64,000 nt of DNA from Dehalococcoidia bacterium (GTDB lineage: Bacteria > Chloroflexota > Dehalococcoidia > Bin125). The stretch lies in NCBI GenBank assembly GCA_963663235.2, contig CAXXNO010000012.1, positions 224,001-288,000 on the forward strand, given 5' to 3'. Shown piece by piece: positions 47,253 to 58,226 of this stretch. Below the pieces are notes generated by a model. The model made no database searches. It saw only the letters and a program-made list of their open reading frames with translations, and was not told the origin of the DNA. Every line of letters starts with the position of its first letter. The stretch's first letter is position 1. The translations under genes and the position numbers were made by a program.

Positions 47253-47930
47253 TCAGTCCAGGAGCGCTGCCAACGCGCGGGCTAGGTCAGCACAGTCCGG
47301 CAGCGTGACCTCGGCCCCCGCGGCGGTCAACGCTTCGGCCGTCGAGAACCCCGTCGCCACCGCGACGGCCTTTGCGCCGATCGCATGCGCCGCCGTGACA
47401 TCGTGTGGCGTGTCACCGACCACCACGACCTCGGCTTCCGGAAGCGCCGCGCCGCGGAGCCGTTCGACGCCGGCAGCGAGGAGCATCGAGCGATCCTCCG
47501 AGTCGTCGCCAAAGCCGCCGTCGCTGAAGCGCCGATCCAGCCCGTAATACGCCAGCTTGATCATGCCAGAACGACGGAAGTTCCCCGTGCCCAGCCCCAC
47601 CACCACGGGCCGTTGCGTCAGCGCGGTGAGGAGATCGAGCACGCCGGGCAGCACACAACCCTCCGTCTCCTGAAGAGCGACAGGTAGCTCCGCGGTGTAG
47701 GCGTCGATGAACGCCGCCCGTCGGCCGTCGTCGCTCTCCAGCCCGTGCTGCGCGAACACCGTCTTGACGATCCACAAGTCTGAGCGACCGCCCATCTGCA
47801 CCGAGGCAAGAGCATCCGCCACACCGAAGAGGCGCTGGAACGCCCGCGTCATGGCGCGGATCCCGGCGCCGCCGGTGAGGATGAGCGTGCCGTCAATATC
47901 GAACAGGATGATCCGCCGGGCGCGCGTCAT
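47253..47930 (-). CDS. HAD-family hydrolase
   Basis: FDIDGTL, TGN and VGDTPHD motifs. Confidence 0.9.
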   Translation of the reverse strand: MTRARRIILFDIDGTLILTGGAGIRAMTRAFQRLFGVADALASVQMGGRSDLWIVKTVFAQHGLESDDGRRAAFIDAYTAELPVALQETEGCVLPGVLDLLTALTQRPVVVGLGTGNFRRSGMIKLAYYGLDRRFSDGGFGDDSEDRSMLLAAGVERLRGAALPEAEVVVVGDTPHDVTAAHAIGAKAVAVATGFSTAEALTAAGAEVTLPDCADLARALAALLD

Positions 47931-48565
47931 TGCTCCAGTGCCACATCCACAAAGCCGCCGCGCAGGCGCAGGCGCACGTCCTCCGCATCCTCCGCGACAT
48001 CGAACACCACCACCAGGTCCAGCGTCAGCCCCGGCTGAAGCGCCACGGCCACGGCATCGACGCGGTTGCCGTCGCGGCGGGCGGCGACCGCGGTGGCGTG
48101 CGCGTCGGGGCTGAACGCCCGGCCGGCGCCGTCAACCAAGCCCAGCCGGTCCGCCAGCGACAACGGCTCCGGTCCCGTGTTGCGAACAGTCAGCGACACC
48201 ACAACAAACCGGCCGCGGGCGACGGCGTCGTCGACGTCCTCCCCGACCGATCCGGCAAAGCGTGAGTCGGTCACCAGCACGCGCAAGTCACCGGTCTGGA
48301 ATAGCTCATCCAGCGCCACCGATGCGCCGCTGGTCGGCGCCGTGATCGATCCCGAATCGGCCGTCGACTCTGCGCTGTCCCCGGCCGTGGTCTCACTCGC
48401 AGTGTCGGCGTCCGTCGTGGTGGTGGAGAGGGCGAGCGGATCGGCGTCATCGTCGCTACTCAGATCGAACGTTCCGGACGCGACGAGGAAGACCACGACA
48501 GCCGCCACGGCCACGAGCACCACCAAGGCGTACCACTGCGTGGTCCGAAAGCGCCGCAAGCTCAC
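47927..48565 (-). CDS. DUF4352-like membrane-anchored protein; start approximate
   Basis: N-terminal TM, Thr/Ser linker, then FVVVSLTVRNTG, LQPG and VVFDV. Confidence 0.7.
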   Translation of the reverse strand: MSLRRFRTTQWYALVVLVAVAAVVVFLVASGTFDLSSDDDADPLALSTTTTDADTASETTAGDSAESTADSGSITAPTSGASVALDELFQTGDLRVLVTDSRFAGSVGEDVDDAVARGRFVVVSLTVRNTGPEPLSLADRLGLVDGAGRAFSPDAHATAVAARRDGNRVDAVAVALQPGLTLDLVVVFDVAEDAEDVRLRLRGGFVDVALEQ

Positions 48566-48581
48566 CGTCTCGGCCCCTTCG

Positions 48582-49778
48582 CTACCCCACCGGCACAAGC
48601 TCCGCGCCCTGCACCTGGAGGAAGTCGACCTGTACTAGCGCTTCGCGCTCGCCGTCTTCGTTGAAGCGAAGCAGTCCGCCGACTCCGTCGCCGCCTCGGT
48701 CCCGAAGCGCCGCAAAGAGACCATAGCGCTCCACCTGCAACGTACCATCCGGCTCTGGCTGCTGCGTGCGCGACAGCGCCGCCAGGAGTGCAGTGACGCC
48801 GTCGTAGACCGGAAGCGCCAAGTCATCGATCTCCAAGGTGATCTGGAAGCGCTCGGCGTAGCGCCGCCGCCAAGCATCGAACTCCTCGGATTCGCCGACA
48901 TCGATGTGGACGCGGGTCAGGTAGACCCCTGCCGCGGCTCCATCAAACCGCAGTCCGAACAACGCCGGGTCCGAGGCGGAGGGCGCAAGCAGCACCGCCG
49001 CCGAAAACCCGGCCACTCGCAGCGCCTCCGCAAGGCGAAGGGCCTCTTCCGGCTCCAGCGCCACGTAGAGTGCGTCCACCCCACCCACCAGCGCGTCTCC
49101 GGCGATCGCCGCGGGATCATCCCCGGGCTGCAGCGTTCGCTCGCCGATCACGTCCACCCCGCCCGCGGCCTGGCCCAAGCGGAACGCCTCCGATGCACCT
49201 CGCGCCGCCGACGACTGCGACCGGACCACCACCAGCGACTCCACTCCCAGAACGCTCCGCAGGAACCGCCCTTGGACCGGCGCGGCGTCGGCGTCGCTCC
49301 AGGTCAGACGCAGCACCGGCGCGTCGTCCACGGGCAGCGGGCCGTGCTCCGCGGCCAGCAGCGTGGTGATGCGCGCCTCAGCAAGCATCGAGAGCGCCGC
49401 GGCCAAGTCGTCCCCGCAGGCCACCACCAGCACGGCCACCAGGCCCTCGGTGCCGAGGAGATCGAGCACCGCGTCGGCGCACGATCCGGCCGCGTGTTCA
49501 GTCCGCACGCGATGACCGAGCAACTCGTAGGTATCGGTCAACGCGAGGTCGAGCCCATTCCTGACCTGCGTCCGCACCGTCGGAGGAACCCCCTCCTCGC
49601 CGATGACACCGATCACGACGTCCGTGGCAGCGGGGATCTCCAGCGTGCCCCAGTCAGGGCTGCTGCCGCCGCCGCCGCACGCCGCCAGGATGACCAGGAA
49701 TGACCCGACGCAGGCGACGAGCGCCCCATTCCGGAGCACGGTCCGGCGTGGCGCGCGCTCACCGTCGCTCCCGCGCAC
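48582..49778 (-). CDS. Branched-chain amino acid (LivK-like) substrate-binding lipoprotein, divergent; start approximate
   Basis: Lipobox LAAC; YDGVTALLAAL and GVGGLLRFNEDGER C-terminal PBP1 motif. Confidence 0.65.
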   Translation of the reverse strand: MRGSDGERAPRRTVLRNGALVACVGSFLVILAACGGGGSSPDWGTLEIPAATDVVIGVIGEEGVPPTVRTQVRNGLDLALTDTYELLGHRVRTEHAAGSCADAVLDLLGTEGLVAVLVVACGDDLAAALSMLAEARITTLLAAEHGPLPVDDAPVLRLTWSDADAAPVQGRFLRSVLGVESLVVVRSQSSAARGASEAFRLGQAAGGVDVIGERTLQPGDDPAAIAGDALVGGVDALYVALEPEEALRLAEALRVAGFSAAVLLAPSASDPALFGLRFDGAAAGVYLTRVHIDVGESEEFDAWRRRYAERFQITLEIDDLALPVYDGVTALLAALSRTQQPEPDGTLQVERYGLFAALRDRGGDGVGGLLRFNEDGEREALVQVDFLQVQGAELVPVG

Positions 49779-49785
49779 GGCCCGC

Positions 49786-50133
49786 TTACTTCTCGACGGG
49801 CAGACCCGCTTCGACCCAGGCGTTGGTTCCGCCCTCGATGTTGTAGAGGTCCGTGAAGCCGGCGGCAGCGGCGAACTCCGCGGCCACCGCACTCCGCTGG
49901 CCTTTGGCGCAGATGAACATGACCGGCTTCGCCTTGCCACCGGCGATCTCTTCGACCTCCTTGATCCGGCTGAAGACGGACATGTGGGGGATCAGCGGCG
50001 CGCCCGTTACGTGGCCCTCCGCGTACTCATCGGCCTCCCGCACGTCGATGATCGCGCCACCCTCCTCCTGGAGCGTGGCCGCTTCCTTGACCGTGATCCG
50101 CTTGAAGGGCTCCGCAACGTCGCTTTCGGTCAT
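49786..50133 (-). CDS. Rhodanese-like sulfurtransferase
   Basis: IDVRE..EY..GHV.GA, ICAKGQRS and EGGTNAW motifs. Confidence 0.92.
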   Translation of the reverse strand: MTESDVAEPFKRITVKEAATLQEEGGAIIDVREADEYAEGHVTGAPLIPHMSVFSRIKEVEEIAGGKAKPVMFICAKGQRSAVAAEFAAAAGFTDLYNIEGGTNAWVEAGLPVEK

Positions 50134-50302
50134 GGGTTAACACCTCATCATGGAAGCACATGCTTCCGCAGCCTGCCGCTGGCTGGCCAGTGTACCATCA
50201 CGCGGAGCCGGACGGCCTCGCGTGTGGCACGGTTGACCGCTCAACCGCGGCTCAAGTAACCTCCCGAGCGCTGCACGGGACGGCCACAGCAGGGAGTACG
50301 GC

Positions 50303-52069
<1,767 letters not shown>

Positions 52070-52076
52070 CACCGCG

Positions 52077-52664
52077 ATGACCCAATACAGCGACCAGGAC
52101 GTCACCGACCTCCTCGACAAGATGACCGAAGAGCGGGCCACGCTCTTCGAGTCCGCCCGCTCGCTCTCGGAGGAGGACGCGAACCGCGTGCCGGCGAACG
52201 CGACCGGCGAGGAGCAATGGACGGCCAAAGAGCAACTGGCCCACCTGCTGGAGTCGGACCGCGTCCACACCAGCTTCGCCAAGGCCGCCATCGGCCAGAG
52301 CGGCGTCGACATCACGGCCATCCGTCTCACCGCCAGCGAGCACGTCGCCATCCCCATCGAGCGGGCGCCCGATCACAACGTGGGAGAGATCATCGCGGCC
52401 ATGGAGAAGGAACGCGCGCGGGCTCTCCAGTTCGTTCGCTCGCTCCGGCTGGAGGAGTTCGAGCGCATCGGCAAGGACAACGAGTTCGGCGACCTCACCG
52501 TGATGCAGTGGCTGCGCTCGCTCTACCGCCACGACCGCCAGCACCGCGCGCAGATCGAGGGGCGCAAGTCCGACTACGAGCCGCGCTACCTCAGCGGCAA
52601 GGAGCCGGAGCAGCGGCTGGCGCGCCGGGCGAAGGTCCAAACGCGGGAAACGCAACGCCGCTGA
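52077..52664 (+). CDS. DinB family protein
   Basis: WTAKEQLAHL and HDRQHRAQI motifs. Confidence 0.8.
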   Translation: MTQYSDQDVTDLLDKMTEERATLFESARSLSEEDANRVPANATGEEQWTAKEQLAHLLESDRVHTSFAKAAIGQSGVDITAIRLTASEHVAIPIERAPDHNVGEIIAAMEKERARALQFVRSLRLEEFERIGKDNEFGDLTVMQWLRSLYRHDRQHRAQIEGRKSDYEPRYLSGKEPEQRLARRAKVQTRETQRR

Positions 52665-52695
52665 TCCGGATGGACTCACCGGCCGGGAGGCGGCG

Positions 52696-53673
52696 ATGCG
52701 TGTCTTCATCAGCCGGCAACTTCCAGGGAGCGGCCTGGACCGGCTCCGGCGGGAGCCCGACCTCGACGTCTCCGTCTGGGAGGAGGAGATGCCGCCCTCT
52801 CGGAGCGCGCTGCTGGACCGGATCGCCGGCATCGATGGGCTGCTCTCCCTCATCACCGACTGCATCGACGCCGAAGCGCTCGACCGCGCCGGGCCGCAGT
52901 TGAAGGTCGTCTCGCAGATGGCCGTCGGCGTGGACAACGTCGACGTGGCCGCCTGCGCCGCGCGCGGCGTGGCGGTGGGCAACACACCCGGCGTGCTGAC
53001 GGAGACCACGGCGGATCTCGCGTTCGCGCTGCTGCTGGCGTCGGCCCGGCGCCTGGTGGAGGCCGCAGACTACGTGCGCCTCGGCCGCTGGCGCACGTGG
53101 ACGCCCACCACGCTGGCCGGCGTCGATGTGCACGGCGCCACGTTGGGCATCGTGGGCTTGGGCGCCATCGGACAGGCCCTGGCGCGCCGCGCCGCCGGCT
53201 TTGACATGCGCCTGCTCTACTGGTCGCGACGGCCCAAGCCGGAGATCGCCGCCCGCCTCGGCGCCACCTATCGCGACCTGCCCGAACTGCTGGCGGAGTC
53301 GGACTTCGTCAGCATCCACGCGGCGCTGACGCCGGAGACGCACCACCTGATCGATGCCGATGCCCTGGCGCGCATGTCGGCCGACGCGTTCCTGATCAAC
53401 ACCGCCCGCGGGCCCTTGGTGGACGAAGCAGCCCTCACCGCCGCGCTGCGCGCCGGCCGCCTGGCCGGCGCCGCGCTGGACGTCGCCGAGACGGAGCCCA
53501 TCGCCCCCGACAGTCCCTTGCTCTCCATGGACAACGTGATCGTGCTCCCGCACATCGGCTCGGGCAGCCTGGCCACGCGCACCAAGATGGCGGACATGGC
53601 CGTAGCCAATCTGCTGGCCGGGCTGCGGGGTCGCGCGCTGCCGAACGCCGTGCCGCCCGCGCCCGCGCGTTGA
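52696..53673 (+). CDS. D-glycerate dehydrogenase / glyoxylate reductase (D-2-hydroxyacid dehydrogenase)
   Basis: AVGVDNVD, NTPGVLTETTAD, GLGAIG, INTARG and PHIGS motifs. Confidence 0.92.
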   Translation: MRVFISRQLPGSGLDRLRREPDLDVSVWEEEMPPSRSALLDRIAGIDGLLSLITDCIDAEALDRAGPQLKVVSQMAVGVDNVDVAACAARGVAVGNTPGVLTETTADLAFALLLASARRLVEAADYVRLGRWRTWTPTTLAGVDVHGATLGIVGLGAIGQALARRAAGFDMRLLYWSRRPKPEIAARLGATYRDLPELLAESDFVSIHAALTPETHHLIDADALARMSADAFLINTARGPLVDEAALTAALRAGRLAGAALDVAETEPIAPDSPLLSMDNVIVLPHIGSGSLATRTKMADMAVANLLAGLRGRALPNAVPPAPAR

Positions 53674-53699
53674 CGCGCTTTTCGACGCCAGCCTAGGAT
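53670..53699 (+). promoter_or_regulatory. Sigma70-type promoter
   Basis: TTGACG-N18-TAGGAT, with ATG 6 nt downstream (53706). Confidence 0.6.
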
Positions 53700-53771
53700 G
53701 GATCGATGTCACAGCAAACGGGCGATCGCGCTGCGCTCCCCGTTTCACCTTCGCCCGGCGGCGCTAGCTGA

Positions 53772-54437
53772 ATGCACTCCAACGATCCCGAAGACAGCAA
53801 CCTCTGGCTGGCTCGCATCCTCTGGGATTCGGGCGGGGTCGATTTCGGTAACTTCGACATCGGCGCCACCCTGGCCTCGCCGGTCTACGTCAACGTCCGC
53901 CGGATCATCAGCAACCCGCGAGCGCTGCGGCGAGTGGGGACGCTGATTCAGGATTACACCCAGACGCTCAGCGGCATGCTGCGTCCGGCGATGGCGCCCT
54001 TCGAGCTCGTTGCCGGGGTGCCCATGGGCGGCCTGCACATCGCCACCGCGCTTTCGCTCACAACGGATCTCCCTCTGATCTACGTGCACCCCCGCTCCGG
54101 GGAGGCCAACCATTACGAAGATATTGAGGGCAGCTATTACCCCGGTCAGACCGTCGTGCTGATCGATGACCTCATCACGGGCGGCACCAGCATCGTGGAG
54201 ACGGCGGACGTCCTCCGATCCGCCGGCCTCATGGTGCATGACGCCGTGGCCCTGCTCGATCGCCAGGCGGGAGGGAGACGGCGGCTCCAAGACGCCGGCA
54301 TTGAGCTCCACGCCCTGCTCACGCTTGAGACGCTGCTGAACTACCTGCTGTCACGATCCTTGATCACCGAGGCGCAGTACGCCCAGTGCATGGCCTACGT
54401 GCAGCGCACCAGCCAGGAGGAACAGGGAACGGCCTAG
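53772..54437 (+). CDS. pyrE: Orotate phosphoribosyltransferase-like protein
   Basis: SPVYVNVR, AGVPMGG, VVLIDDLITGGTS PRPP motif and LLDR. Confidence 0.7.
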   Translation: MHSNDPEDSNLWLARILWDSGGVDFGNFDIGATLASPVYVNVRRIISNPRALRRVGTLIQDYTQTLSGMLRPAMAPFELVAGVPMGGLHIATALSLTTDLPLIYVHPRSGEANHYEDIEGSYYPGQTVVLIDDLITGGTSIVETADVLRSAGLMVHDAVALLDRQAGGRRRLQDAGIELHALLTLETLLNYLLSRSLITEAQYAQCMAYVQRTSQEEQGTA

Positions 54438-54649
54438 AGCAGCCGTCGGATCGGTTTGCGCCCCGGACGGGGATCGTAGTTGGCCTTGAACATCTCGAGC
54501 TTGTCCCGCTCGATGAGGTATTTGCCCGCGAAGATCGTGGCCGGGACCTTTTTCTGCTTGATCAGCCGGCGCAGGCTCTGCGGGTGAATGGACAGCTCCC
54601 GCGCGGCCTCCACGAGGTCCAGATAGTTGTCGAACGGAGAGTCGACCAC
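54434..54649 (-). CDS. Small excisionase/MerR-like HTH DNA-binding protein
   Basis: YLDLVEAARELSIHPQSLRRLIKQKKVPA...GKYLI; AAGGGG RBS. Confidence 0.8.
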   Translation of the reverse strand: MVDSPFDNYLDLVEAARELSIHPQSLRRLIKQKKVPATIFAGKYLIERDKLEMFKANYDPRPGRKPIRRLL

Positions 54650-54822
54650 CCAGCGCCCCTTCTATCGATAAAGCGCATAGGCAATTGTAATGGGGGTCAA
54701 GCAGTCCGTCAAAGCACCTCGCGACGCCCTGATCGACCGGCCCGACGCAATCGGGTAGCCTGCGCTTCGGCTCGGCCACGGCCCCTCTCACGCGCGATCT
54801 CCTGGGAAGGCTTCGCCCACGG

Positions 54823-55512
54823 ATGACGAGTGCGATGCTGGCGTCGCTCCGCGCGAGCGGGCGGCGGCTCCTTAACGAAGTGGAATCGAAGGCCGTCCTG
54901 GCCGAGGCCGGCATCCCGGTCACGCCGACCCGTTTGGCGCGCAGCCGCGATGAGGCCCTGGAGCTGGCCCGTTCCCTCGGCTTCCCGGCCGCTCTCAAGG
55001 TCGTCGCCGAAGCGATCACGCACAAGAGCGACATCGGTGGCGTCCGCCTCAACCTCCCGGATGAAGAGTCCGTCGGCGCCGCCTTCGACGAGATCCAGGC
55101 GGCCGCGCGCCGCGCCCATCCGGATGCGCCGATCGATGGCGTCTCCGTCCAGCCCATGGCCCAGCCCGGCGTCGAAGTCATGATCGGACTCGCCCGCGAC
55201 CCCCAGTTCGGCCCGGTGCTGATGTTCGGGTTGGGCGGCGTCCTGGTGGAGGTGCTCCAGGACGTGGCCGTGCGGCTCGCGCCTCTCGAGTCACGCGACG
55301 CCGAAGCGATGATCCGCGAGATCCAGGGCTTTCCCGTGCTTCAGGGCTATCGCGGAACGCCCCCGGTGGACCTCAGCGCCCTGCAGTCCATCCTGCTCGC
55401 GCTCTCCGGCTTCGCCCTGGAGCACCCAGAGGTGAGCGAACTGGACCTCAACCCGGTGATCGCCACGGCCGCGGGCGCCACGGCCGTCGACGCGCGCATC
55501 GTGCTGAGCTGA
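54823..55512 (+). CDS. Acyl-CoA synthetase (ADP-forming) beta subunit, ATP-grasp
   Basis: HKSDIGGV, DPQFGP..MFGLGG, ELDLNP and VDAR motifs. Confidence 0.9.
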   Translation: MTSAMLASLRASGRRLLNEVESKAVLAEAGIPVTPTRLARSRDEALELARSLGFPAALKVVAEAITHKSDIGGVRLNLPDEESVGAAFDEIQAAARRAHPDAPIDGVSVQPMAQPGVEVMIGLARDPQFGPVLMFGLGGVLVEVLQDVAVRLAPLESRDAEAMIREIQGFPVLQGYRGTPPVDLSALQSILLALSGFALEHPEVSELDLNPVIATAAGATAVDARIVLS

Positions 55513-55529
55513 AGGGAGACCGCCGGCCG

Positions 55530-56963
55530 ATGTCCGACGCCACCCCGCCCGACCTGCGACGGCGCCTCGACCGCGTCCTGCAGCCGCGCACCATCGCCGT
55601 CGTGGGCGACAAGGGCGCCCGCGACTACCTCTGGTTGAAGAGCATGAAGCCGTTCCGCGGGACCCTCTACTCCGTGCAACTGGACGAGCGGGAGATCCCC
55701 GGCATCGAGGCGCTCGGGGTGCCGAATTACACCAGCCTGGCCGCCATCCCGGAGCCTATCGATTACGTCGTCTGCGCCGCGCCGCGTGAGGTGACGCCGC
55801 GCATCGTGCAGGACTGCATCGACGCCAACGCGGGCGGCGTGGCCCTCTTCACCTCCGGCTTCACCGAGTTGGGCGATGAGACGGGCATCGAGCTGGAAGC
55901 GGAGTTGGTGAAGATGGCGCACGGCGCCGGACTCCCCCTCATCGGCCCCAACTGCATGGGCCTCCACATCCCGGCCCTGGGCGTGCGATTCAGTCCTGAG
56001 CAGCCCACCGCCGAGGGCGGCGACGTGGGCTTCATCTCGCAAAGCGGCACCCACGGCCTGAACTTCAGCTTGGTCGGCGCCGTGCACGGCATCTATTGCA
56101 GCAAGATGATCTCGTTCGGGAACGGGGCCGTCCTGGAAGCGGCCGACTACCTGGACTATCTCGCGGACGACCCCGCAACCACCGTGATCGCCATGTACAT
56201 CGAAGGCGTGCGCGACGGCGAGCGCTTCGCCCGGACCTTGCGCGCGGTGGCCGCGCGCAAGCCGGTGGTGATCTGGAAGGGCGGTCAGACGGAGGTCGGC
56301 CAGCGGGCGACACAATCACACACGGCGTCGTTGACCACCAGCCAGCGCGTTTGGTCGGCCTTGGTCAAGCAGGCCGGCGCGATCTCCGCGGACAACCTCG
56401 ACGAGTTGATCGACGTCGTGAAGACGTTGCGCATGACCAAGCCGCCTCCCGGACGACGGGTGGCGCTGGTAGCCATGACCGGCGGCCAGTCGGTCGTCAT
56501 CGCCGACGCGTTCGTCAAGGCGGGGCTGGAAGTGCCGCTGCTCAGCGACGCCTCGTACGCGGAGTTCAGCGAGTTCGTCAGCGTAATCGGCGGCTCGTAC
56601 AAGAACCCGCTGGACCTGTTCAACACCATGCTGTACGACCCAGGAGCGATCGAGCGCGTCCTGGCGATCCTGGACCGGGATCCGGTCATCGATTCCATCG
56701 TCTTTGAACTCTCAGCCTACCTGCTGGTGCGCCGCTGGGAGAAGCAACCGGCGCAGTTCGAAGCCCTTCTCGATACGCTCCAGCGCTTCAACGCGCACTC
56801 CGCCAAGCCCCTCGTAACCATCATCTACCCCGCCCACGTCGAAGCGAAGGTCTTGGAGCTGCGGGCCCAACTGCAGGCTCGCGGCGTCGCCACCTTCCCG
56901 ACCTTTGAGCGCGCCGCCGCCGCCCTCGCCAAGATCACCGAATACCATGTGACTCACACGTAG
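55530..56963 (+). CDS. Acyl-CoA synthetase (ADP-forming) alpha subunit, CoA-binding
   Basis: IGPNCMG, SQSG, SFGN, YIEG, SHT phospho-His and NPLD motifs. Confidence 0.9.
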   Translation: MSDATPPDLRRRLDRVLQPRTIAVVGDKGARDYLWLKSMKPFRGTLYSVQLDEREIPGIEALGVPNYTSLAAIPEPIDYVVCAAPREVTPRIVQDCIDANAGGVALFTSGFTELGDETGIELEAELVKMAHGAGLPLIGPNCMGLHIPALGVRFSPEQPTAEGGDVGFISQSGTHGLNFSLVGAVHGIYCSKMISFGNGAVLEAADYLDYLADDPATTVIAMYIEGVRDGERFARTLRAVAARKPVVIWKGGQTEVGQRATQSHTASLTTSQRVWSALVKQAGAISADNLDELIDVVKTLRMTKPPPGRRVALVAMTGGQSVVIADAFVKAGLEVPLLSDASYAEFSEFVSVIGGSYKNPLDLFNTMLYDPGAIERVLAILDRDPVIDSIVFELSAYLLVRRWEKQPAQFEALLDTLQRFNAHSAKPLVTIIYPAHVEAKVLELRAQLQARGVATFPTFERAAAALAKITEYHVTHT

Positions 56964-57002
56964 CCGCCGATGTGCAACACTGCCCGAGGGATTAGGAGCG
57001 CG

Positions 57003-58196
57003 GTGAACGGGCGCATCTACGTGGACCATGCCGCCACCACGCCGGTGCATCCGGACGTGCTGCGGCTCATGCTGCCCCTGCACCAGCAGCAATTCGGAAA
57101 CCCCAGCAGCCTGCACCAGCTCGGTCGCGAGGCCCAGGCGGCGATCGACACCGCTCGCGAGCAAGTCGCCGCGGCGCTCAACGCGCGGACGCACGAGATC
57201 CTGTTCACCAGCGGTGGCTCCGAGTCCATCAACACCGCGCTCAAGGGCGTGGCGTTTGCTCAGCAGTTCGCCGGCGCAGGGCGGCGCATTGTCACGACGC
57301 CGGTCGAGCACCACGCCGCGCTGCACACCTGCGACTACCTGGAGCGATTCGGATTCGAGACGGTCATGGCGCCCGTCGACGGCGAGGGGCGCGTCGATCC
57401 AGAGGCCGTGGCCGCAGCGGTCGACGAGGACACCGCCCTCGTCAACGTCATGCTGGCCAACAACGAGGTCGGGACCGTGCAGCCGATCGCCGAGATCGCG
57501 GCCGCCCTGCGCGCTCGCGGCACCGCGCTGGGGCGACGCATCCCTCTCCACACCGACGCGGTTCAAGCGCCCGGCCAGCTCCCGCTGGACGTGCGCGCCC
57601 TCGACGTCGACCTCGTCAGCCTCTCGGCCCACAAGTTCGGCGGACCCAAGGGCGTGGGCGCACTGTACCTCCGGCGCGGCACCCCCTTCCTGCCGCAGCA
57701 GAGCGGCGGCGGACAGGAGCGCAACCGGCGGGCGGGCACGGAGAACGTCGCCGGAATCGCCGGCCTCGGCCTGGCTCTATCGATCGCCGAGCGCCAGCGC
57801 GAGCGCTTCGCCGCGCACACCGCCGCCCTGCGCGACCACTTCTTCACGCGCGCGCTGCTGGAGATCCCGGACGCCATCCGCAACGGCCCTGTCGAAGGCC
57901 GCCTGCCGAACAACGTCAACGTGCGCTTCGACGGGGTGGACGGGCAGGCGCTGCTGGAGGCTCTGGACGCCGGCGGCGTCGAGGCTTCCAGCGGGAGCGC
58001 CTGCACCACCGCCTCCTGGGAGCCCAGTCACGTCCTGCTGGCCATGGGCGTGGACCAGAATCAAGCGGCCGGCAGCCTGCGTTGCACGTTCGGACTGGAC
58101 AACACCGTCGCGGACATCGATGCGATCGTCGTCCGGTTGCGGGAGATCGTGGCGCGGCTGCGCCAGCACGCGCAGACGGCGGGATCGCCAGCGTAG
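57003..58196 (+). CDS. iscS: Second cysteine desulfurase (IscS/NifS)
   Basis: YVDHAATTP, AHKFGGPKG and SSGSACT motifs; AGGAG RBS with GTG start. Confidence 0.9.
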   Translation: MNGRIYVDHAATTPVHPDVLRLMLPLHQQQFGNPSSLHQLGREAQAAIDTAREQVAAALNARTHEILFTSGGSESINTALKGVAFAQQFAGAGRRIVTTPVEHHAALHTCDYLERFGFETVMAPVDGEGRVDPEAVAAAVDEDTALVNVMLANNEVGTVQPIAEIAAALRARGTALGRRIPLHTDAVQAPGQLPLDVRALDVDLVSLSAHKFGGPKGVGALYLRRGTPFLPQQSGGGQERNRRAGTENVAGIAGLGLALSIAERQRERFAAHTAALRDHFFTRALLEIPDAIRNGPVEGRLPNNVNVRFDGVDGQALLEALDAGGVEASSGSACTTASWEPSHVLLAMGVDQNQAAGSLRCTFGLDNTVADIDAIVVRLREIVARLRQHAQTAGSPA

Positions 58197-58226
58197 GGTC
58201 CGCCCCGGGCCAGGAGCGAGATCACG

